Source: Octopus bimaculoides (lineage: Eukaryota). Taken from it: a stretch of 59,529 nt of DNA. Below, in pieces: positions 51,240 to 59,529 of the stretch. The translations under genes and the position numbers were made by a program. The DNA lies in assembly GCF_001194135.2 (NCBI RefSeq), contig NC_068981.1, positions 110,185,846 to 110,245,374 of the forward strand, read 5' to 3'. Under the pieces are notes generated by a model. The model ran no database searches. It was given only the letters and a program-made list of their open reading frames with translations, and was not told where the DNA came from. Position 1 is the first letter of the stretch. Each line of letters opens with the position of its first letter.

Positions 51240-51865
51240 CTACTTCCTCTCTTCACTTCTACCCACCTTCTCCCTTCCACCCTCTCCCTTCCACCCTCTC
51301 CCTTCCACTCTCTCCCTTCATCGTCACCCCCTCCCTTGTTACCCCACCCCTACATATTCCAACCCCACCATCCCTATACATCTCATCCCACCCCACCCTT
51401 TGCTTCCCCTCTCGTCTCCCCAACACCACTACACCACACACCACCATACCACACCACATCACACCACCCCGCACACACTAGCACCCACACCAGCGCACAC
51501 ACTAACACTGACCACTTCCCAGCACCTACACCATCATCCACACACCTACACACGCACACGTCAATGTCACCAGCCCCCTTCCACAGGCACATACATGCTC
51601 TCACATACACATGCATGCGCACCTTCATTTTGGGATCACCACTACTTTATTATCTCCCCTTCTTCCTAGCTCTCCTGTGTGACCCCCCTCTGTCCGGCAT
51701 TTTCTGTTTTCTCTCCCTGTTTATTTTTGTGTTCCTTTCTATCGAAGAGCGTAGGCTCGAAACGTAAAAAGACTTTCTCACTTCCTGAGCATTAAACTAA
51801 TACATCTGTTTGTTGTTTACACACCCGTCTTCATCTTTTGTTTTTTTGTAAATTCTCACTATATC
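51240..51865 (+). mobile_element. Low-complexity C/A-rich repeat ending in a PLE-terminal-like segment
   Basis: Pyrimidine and CAC tracts, then tcgaagagcgtaggctcgaaacgt...tgtaaattctcactata. Confidence 0.45.
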
Positions 51866-54150
51866 TGTTAGGTTTACCTAGCGACTCTCCACACATTGTT
51901 GTTAAAACAGCAAGGGGAAATAAACAACATTCTGAATACAACAATTTCATACTAAGTTTGGGCTCAATTTAGAGCATTTTTTTGTAGAAATATGTTTATT
52001 GGTGATTAGTTTGTCCTTTTCTTGAAATTCTGGCTCAAACTCAATATTCAGCTCCTAAGACTCATACTCTGCTTGATCTTTCACCATGCATGAATACATC
52101 AGTCTGGCGAGTAGCATCAGTATACCACCCTCTTTACTAACTTTATATTTTTTCGCCATATTGTGGCCAGATTCAGCAATAACCATATTGAATTTGTGAG
52201 AAATTTTTGTTATAATGTAAAAATCTTGAAAATATGCTCTTTTCTAAGTGAAAATTAAGAATAAAATTGTAACTTTTATATTTCATAAAGATTATCTGAC
52301 CTATCTCCATCGATTTTTATATCAAAACAAAGCAAAAACATTCCTCTTCAACACTGTCTGATTTTCAACACAACTCAATGAACTAGAATGAGGGCTACTG
52401 TTCAGCAGTCAAAAAGAAAGAAAAGAGAAGAGAAGAAAAGAAAAAAAAACGGAACAAATTTTGTAATTGCATGAAAATACCAGGATGTTTGTGGGACCCT
52501 AAAACGATATGTGGTTGTTGGATTTTAATTAAAATTACATGATAAAATTCACATCCAGAACTTTCAAATGATATATAATTTTCCATGGAAATGATGAAGC
52601 AAAAATCGTGCTTTTGCATCTTCAAACTGTGTTTGTCTCCATTGTACGATGCCCTATAATGATACCTACTTGGAGTAAATTTTCATATCACCTGTCCTTA
52701 TTAAACCTACTGGATCTCTGTTCATATATTCATACATGGTTTAAGGAGATAGAATAAAAAAGAATAGCATTTGGAGAAAAAGAAACTGATCAATGTAAGA
52801 GATTCTAATAACACCAGAAGTTATCCTAGACAGATGTAGCAAAGAAATTGGAGACTACTCTATCTCAAATCTCAGACCAGTCTTGAACAAAGGAAAATTG
52901 ATATCATTGCATCATCTTGATATGCCAGTCCAAACAAAAACAAAAAGGCAAAAATCCAGAAAAATGAGTGAATCATTATTCCAGTGTTTCACCATTGTCA
53001 AATCCAGAGACATTCTTTTATCAGGATTAACGTTGTTAGAGAGCCAAAGAATTAGCAGACCATTTGAAAAGAGAAGTGAATAGGTGTCCTGATGGAAAGA
53101 AGCTCAATAACATCTGGTTTAAGTACTTTTTTCATGAGAAGTAAAAATGTAGGTCTAAATGAAATCTGAGTTCCTTAATCATCTTGATATAAAATATCTA
53201 TTTTAAAGTGTTTCCATTGTTGCACAAACTTTTATGAAAGAACCTTTGTATTCCAGACACCAATTTTTGTTTATTTACAAAATTAACTGAAATACAATAA
53301 ATATTTTTTATCAGAAATATGGTTACAATAGGGTTACAACTGTTTATTTTATCATTTCAATAAAAATCATTGTTGAAGTTAAATCTTGATAATTACTACT
53401 TATAACATAATTTCAGTCATTTTCATCATGAGTTAAGATTTAAAATTTTCTGCTTTGATATCTACCAAATTGCAGCTGTTCTCTGAAAATTTCAGCTTGC
53501 TGTCAAAGCCATAGATTAAAAGTTCAAAAGTATTGTCTTCATGTAAGGTTTTTGTTGAAGGTCATTAGTTTGAGTCTATTCATCTTCCAAATCATCAGTT
53601 TCTAAAGATTACTAATTTCCTGTCTTCAATTTTGTTTTTCAATTCAATATTTTTGTTACTTCCATGGTTGGTATTTATAATTATATATAACAATCAACAT
53701 CATATAGTGATTCCTGTTATTTTCATTTCATTTAATTATGTAAAGAGAAAAAAAAAACAACCCTAAAAATACAATATTTATGCATCTACTAATAATTGCA
53801 TAGGAATACCAACAGTAATCTGTGTTTACTGCTTAACTATTTCCCTCCAGCTGAAGGAAATAAAATTGTATTCTGCACATACATGGACAGATTCATTTTT
53901 GTCAGATGTGTATAAATATGTGCATGCATATGTATATGTCTGTCAGTATTTATATATATCAACCTTTCATTAATTTATACATATTTTCTGTTTTTAATTG
54001 GCAAAAGTTACAAAGTAACTTAAGGGGCAAGGGTTTTGTGCAATTACCAAACTGATTTCATAGTAGACTAATTTGTAGATATACGATTGTAATTTTATTT
54101 CAATTTGCATAATATTATATTGGTATATATGTATATATGTGTGTATGTAG

Positions 54151-54175
<25 letters not shown>

Positions 54176-54181
<6 letters not shown>

Positions 54182-54410
54182 ACTTGGGGATGGTCATATT
54201 GCCAGTTTAGCCAATAAAAACACACGCACTGTATATTTGGTGTTAATTTGCTTCAGCTTTATATTACATTAATCTTAATCTTATTTCGGCCAGAGTTCTT
54301 TCGTCACACTTCTGTGACCTCATCAGTGGTCCTTTGTTTCCTTCCTTCTTATGTGTGTCTCACCTTGCTAAATATCAGCCATTTTGTATTTTGTATTCCT
54401 ATTGTATGTG
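54176..54410 (-). mobile_element. Solo PLE terminal repeat (pLTR)
   Basis: Homologous to 14405-14600 (tacttggggatgg-cata...cttcagcttt...tctgtgacctc). Confidence 0.65.
54288..54332 (-). ncRNA. Minimal type I hammerhead with an extra G after the CUGAUGA core
   Basis: ggacca CTGATGA g gtcac-agaagt-gtgac GAAA G-aa-C TC^tggcc. Confidence 0.65.
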
Positions 54411-54430
54411 TCTACATATATATATATATA

Positions 54431-54770
54431 GGCACAGGCATGGCTGTGTGGTAAGAAGCTTGCATCTTCTACTATAACCTTTGGGCCAACCAAAGCCTTG
54501 TGAGTGGATTTGGTAGACGAAACTGAAAGAAGCCCATCATATATATACATATATGTTTGTGTGTGTGTGTGTCTGTGTTTGTCCGCCCACCATCACTTGA
54601 CAACTGATGTTAATATGTTTATGTCCCCTTAACTTAACAGTTCAGCAAAAGCGACTGATAGAATAAATATCAGGCTTACAAAGAATAAGTCTTGGGGTTG
54701 GTTTCTATGACTAAAAGATGGTGCTCCAGCATGGCCACAGTTAAACAACTGAAACAAATAAAAGAAAATA
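54431..54770 (+). mobile_element. Main SINE with internal deletion
   Basis: ggcacaggcatggctgtgtggtaagaagc...gctccagcatggccacag..tgaaacaaataaaaga. Confidence 0.88.
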
Positions 54771-54874
54771 CATGTGTATGTGTATTTATATATGTGTGTG
54801 TGTGTGTATGTGTGTATTTATATATATATATATATATATATATAGTCACCCATATTGTAAACCAGGTAGTTCAA

Positions 54875-57355
54875 GATGAGTAAAGGTGATGCTTTAGATA
54901 GAAATAACTGAAGGGGTATCAAACTGTTATATTCCTGGTATGGCAACTGCAGGAGAAATACCTAGCCAAAGATAAACCCCTATACTTGGCTTTTGTGGAC
55001 TTGAAGAAAGCCTTTAACAGGGTCCCCCAATCCCTTATCTGGTGGGTGATGCGGAAACTGGGGATTGACGAATAGTTAATAAGGGCTGTACAGGCCCTTT
55101 ACAGAGATATCATTAGCAAGTTTAGGGTTGGCAATGAGTATAGTGAAGAATTCCGGGTAGAAGTAGGGGTCCACCAAGGATCACCCCTCAACCCCCTCTT
55201 ATTCATCAAAGTCCATCAGGCAATAACAGATGAATTCAAGACAGGTTGCCCCTGGGAGCTCCTCTATGCTGATGACCTGGCCCTCATAGCAGAATCACTA
55301 CCAGAACTAGAGAAGAAATTTCAGGTTTGGAAGCAAGGTTTACAATCGAAGGGCCTAAGAGTCAATGTTGCAAAGACCAAAGTTCTAGTAAGTAGGAAGG
55401 CGAACACATCACACAACCCTTCAGGTAGATGGCCCTGCTCGATCTGAAGAAAAGGAGTAGGTAGAGACTCCATAAGATGTACCTAGTGTAAGCTATGGAC
55501 ACATAAGAGGTGCAGTAACATCCAAAAAAAGATTAACCAGGAAGATAGATTTCGTGTACGGCAGATGCATTGGGGCAATAAACACCACAGATGCTCAGAA
55601 AACAGATTCCATCACATGCCAGGTGGAGAAACTAGAAGTAGTGGATCTATTTTAAAACGGGAGCCACACTTTTCATTAATGTTTTACGTAGTGTTTTTGG
55701 TACCGAAAGACTTTCAAACTTCGTATACTTATCTATTTTGTGTTATAGAACAGAAAAATATTTTTGTATTCGAATTTATTTCATGTAAAAAATTGTCTTA
55801 TTTCGATAATTTCAACCAATCACTGACAAGTATTCAGTTGTTTACATTTACTCCTTTGGCTGATTAAGCGGTGTAAAGCGTATTTAATCTCCATAACTTC
55901 TGACATTTGCAGAGAGGCAACAACCCTAACCCTAACCCTAGCCATTTTTTGACATGGAAATAATAATTTTNNNNNNNNNNNNNNNNNNNNNNNNNNNNNN
56001 NNNNNNNNNNNNNNNNNNNNNNNNNNNNNNNNNNNNNNNNNNNNNNNNNNNNNNNNNNNNNNNNNNNNNNNNNNNNNNNNNNNNNNNNNNNNNNNNNNNN
56101 NNNNNNNNNNNNNNNNNNNNNNNNNNNNNNNNNNNNNNNNNNNNNNNNNNNNNNNNNNNNNNNNNNNNNNNNNNNNNNNNNNNNNNNNNNNNNNNNNNNN
56201 NNNNNNNNNNNNNNNNNNNNNNNNNNNNNNNAAAAAGATGTTTTATATGACACATTCTACCAGTGTTCCAAGTTTCAAAGTGTTTCGTTAAGAAAATACT
56301 GTGGCCCCCGTTTTAAAATAGATCCAAAGTAGTTGATAGCTTCCGCTACCTAGGTGACCAAGTCTGTAGTGGGGGTGGATGCTCAGAAAGTGTTACCACT
56401 AGAATAAGAATAACCTGGGTAAAGTTCAGAAAGCTTCTACCCATACTGGTGACAAAGGGCCTCTCGCTCAGAGTGAAAAGTAGATTGTATGATGCATGTG
56501 TGTGAACTGTCATGCTTCACAGCAGTGAAGCATGGGCCATGACTGCTGAAGACATGTGTAAGCTCGAAGGAAATGAAGCTAGCATGATCTGCTGGATGTG
56601 TAATGTCAGTGTGCACACGACAGAGTGTAAGCGCCCTGAAAGAAATGTTGGACATAAGAAGCATCAGATGTGGCGTGCAAGAGACATTTGCATTGATTTG
56701 GTCATTACTACGGATGGATGAGGAGATCTGTGTGAAGAAGTGCGACTCCCAAACAGTTGAAGGAATCTGGGGTAGAGGTAGACCCAGGAAGACATGGGAT
56801 GTCGTGTTAAAGCATGACCTTTGAACATTGGACCTCACAGAGGCAATGACGAAAGACCGAGACCTCTGGAGGTATGCTGTGACTGGGAAGACCCAGCAAA
56901 TAAAGTGAGTTCACAGCTGTAACCTACACCAATATCACATAACCAGCTCACTCAAAAGTACCATGGATCGTAGGGTGACATGCTGTGCCTGAGACCTATT
57001 GAGTCAAGTATATCAACATCGAAATCAAAATCAAATGGAAATTGTAGTTGTGATCTCTGTGCCGGTGGCACGTAAAAAGCATCATCTGAACGTGGCCAAT
57101 GCTTCCGTACTGGTGGCACATAAACAGCATCAACCGATTGTGGTTGTTGCCAGTCTCCTCTGGCCACTGTGCCGGTGGCATGTAAAAAGCACCCACTACA
57201 CTTTTGGAGTGGTTGGCATTAGGAAGGGCATCCAGCTGTAGAAACATGGCCAGAGCAGACTGGAGCCTGGTGCAGCCTCCTGGCTTCCCAGACCCCAGTC
57301 AAACCGTCCAACCCATGCCAGCATGGAAAACGGACGTTAAATGATGATGATGATG
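54875..57355 (+). mobile_element. 5'-truncated RTE LINE interrupted by a MITE
   Basis: QEKYLAKDKP, VGVHQGS, WELLYADD, FRYLGD, GRGRPRKTW; 3' UTR and (gat)n tail. Confidence 0.93.
55643..56325. mobile_element. MITE with 26 bp TIRs (Merlin-like?)
   Basis: GGATCTATTTTAAAACGGGAGCCACA / TGTGGCCCCCGTTTTAAAATAGATCC (1 mismatch). TSD gaagtagt/aaagtagt. Internal (CCCTAA)3. Confidence 0.88.
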
Positions 57356-57357
57356 TT

Positions 57358-57516
57358 CTGGCAAGGCTGTGTGGTAAGAAGCTTGCTTCCCAACCACATG
57401 ATTTCCAGATTCAGTCGCACTGCATGACACCTTGAGCAAGTGTCTTCTGATATAGCTTCAGGCCAACCAACTACTTGTGAGTGGATTTGGTAGATGAAAA
57501 CTGAAATAAGCCCATC

Positions 57517-57520
<4 letters not shown>
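57358..57520 (+). mobile_element. Main SINE, 5' half (remainder in gap)
   Basis: ggctgtgtggtaagaagcttgcttcccaaccacatg...gaaataagcccatcg(ta)n. Confidence 0.88.
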
Positions 57521-57558
<38 letters not shown>

Positions 57559-58280
57559 NNNNNNNNNNNNNNNNNNNNNNNNNNNNNNNNNNNNNNNNNN
57601 NNNNNNNNNNNNNNNNNNNNNNNNNNNNNNNNNNNNNNNNNNNNNNNNNNNNNNNNNNNNNNNNNNNNNNNNNNNNNNNNNNNNNNNNNNNNNNNNNNNN
57701 NNNNNNNNNNNNNNNNNNNNNNNNNNNNNNNNNNNNNNNNNNNNNNNNNNNNNNNNNNNNNNNNNNNNNNNNNNNNNNNNNNNNNNNNNNNNNNNNNNNN
57801 NNNNNNNNNNNNNNNNNNNNNNNNNNNNNNNNNNNNNNNNNNNNNNNNNNNNNNNNNNNNNNNNNNNNNNNNNNNNNNNNNNNNNNNNNNNNNNNNNNNN
57901 NNNNNNNNNNNNNNNNNNNNNNNNNNNNNNNNNNNNNNNNNNNNNNNNNNNNNNNNNNNNNNNNNNNNNNNNNNNNNNNNNNNNNNNNNNNNNNNNNNNN
58001 NNNNNNNNNNNNNNNNNNNNNNNNNNNNNNNNNNNNNNNNNNNNNNNNNNNNNNNNNNNNNNNNNNNNNNNNNNNNNNNNNNNNNNNNNNNNNNNNNNNN
58101 NNNNNNNNNNNNNNNNNNNNNNNNNNNNNNNNNNNNNNNNNNNNNNNNNNNNNNNNNNNNNNNNNNNNNNNNNNNNNNNNNNNNNNNNNNNNNNNNNNNN
58201 NNNNNNNNNNNNNNNNNNNNNNNNNNNNNNNNNNNNNNNNNNNNNNNNNNNNNNNNNNNNNNNNNNNNNNNNNNNNNNNN

Positions 58281-58770
58281 GTCATCAATGTAAGAGTTTC
58301 GGATGTTGTTTTGGGAATGCTAAAGTCAATGAGAGGAGTGGATGAGAGCAGACCAAAGAAGAGATGAAAGAAGTTGAATGTTACCCCTGGCAAAAGTATA
58401 AGTGCAAAGGATATCAGTGCTTCTGGTAGTGAAATGATGGCCGCCAGTTCATCAACAGTTATAGAGAAGCATGGAGAAAGAGAGCAGCAAAAGAATTTGC
58501 ATGATGAAGGGCTAAGCTCTGTGGATAGTGATGTTTCTATGAATGAATGTGACAGGTACTTGGGTACTTCAGACATGGCAAGAGCAGAAAACACAGAAAG
58601 ACAAAGTAGTTTTGTTGGAAATTTTGTCATTGTGAGGTACGAAGGGCAAACATTTCTCAGTCAAGTGATCTCAACTGGAAGTGATGGAGCACTTGTGTCA
58701 TCATTGACAAAATGTAAAAAGGTAGGGTGGAGGTGACCACTGAAGGAGGATAAATTTGTCTATGACTGAG
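58281..58770 (+). mobile_element. Decayed C-terminus of a pogo-like DNA transposase
   Basis: KKR*KKLNVTPGKSIS, acidic linker, VGNFVIVRYEGQTF...GWR*PLKED; resembles the tails of invertebrate pogo/DDE_1 transposases. Confidence 0.55.
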
Positions 58771-59529
58771 AAGATGTGGTAGAAATGATGGAAATGTTGA
58801 CCTTCTATGTAGAAACTACCTACTTCAGTATGGACACTGATATATATCGACAAGAGGAGGGTTTAGTTATGGGTTCGCCATTATCACCGGTAATAGCCAA
58901 TATATACATGGAATACTTTGAGAATTTGGCTTTAGAATCAACACCACTAAAACCAACACTATGGCTACGATATGTTGATAACACCTTTATACTCTGGCCC
59001 CATCAGGAAGATGTCCAAGTACTGTTAGATCATGTGAACTCAATAAAGCCATCCGTACACTTCACAATGGAAAAGGAAAAAAAGACAATCAGCTGGCATT
59101 CCTGGATGTATTAATAGCATGCACCAAGTATGGATTCAGGACATCCGTATACCGCAAGCTGACGATACCTGGACGATACCTCAACTTCAATTCCCACCAT
59201 CCATACAGTGTAAAGAGACGGATTGCTCAGTGCCTAAAACATCGTGCAAAGAATATAAGTAGCGATCATGATATACACCACAAAGAAATGATCTGTTAAG
59301 CAACAACTACACCAAAAGTATACTATCCACTCCAATTATGAAGAAGAGAGAGGACGAGGCCCATAAACTGTCCACAGTCTGTCTACCTTATGTGAAAGGC
59401 CTCTCCGAAAAGATATATAAGATTTGCAGCCCATATGACAACAGAACAGTAAAACCACCAATAGAGGAGAATATGACCAAAAACTGCGTGTACTGCATTT
59501 CATGCAGCTGTAGTAGGTTATACATTTAT
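58771..59529 (+). mobile_element. Penelope-like element RT to GIY-YIG (frameshifted; runs off the window)
   Basis: TTYF...YRQEEGLVMGSPLSPVIANIYME...WLRYVDNTF...FTME; AFLDV; RYLNFNSHHP; CLPYVKGLSEKI; NCVYCISCSC. Confidence 0.93.

Noticed and set aside
51182-51767. Pro/His/Thr-rich and Gly/Val-rich ORFs
   Set aside because: Translations of low-complexity C/A-rich repeat DNA.
53400-53670. Minus strand with protein-like K/E/N/D composition
   Set aside because: Multiple stops and frameshifts, no motif; explained by AT bias.

Overview
AT-rich, repeat-dense animal DNA with 8 N-gaps. The tRNA-head SINE families and the (GAT)n-tailed RTE LINEs point to an Octopus genome (inferred from recognising the repeats, not from a search). 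I found no confidently identifiable host protein-coding gene; the window looks like large-intron or intergenic sequence. It is filled with RTE LINEs of at least 3 families, Penelope-like elements (PLEs), Tc1, Tigger/pogo, Helitron/Helentron-type elements, MITEs and SINEs. The main signal the ORF track misses is a set of minimal type I hammerhead ribozymes. Four lie in a ~350-380 bp non-coding unit that occurs as a tandem dimer (32.1-32.8 kb) and as a head-to-head pair (48.2-48.9 kb), resembling a non-LTR retrozyme. Others lie in PLE terminal repeats (54.3 kb well formed, 14.5 kb decayed) or stand alone (34.5 kb). Also noted: a candidate recursive splice site, two minus-strand exon candidates, an RTE with a twin-priming-type 5' inversion, and a CpG-retaining island. 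Boundaries of decayed repeats are approximate.
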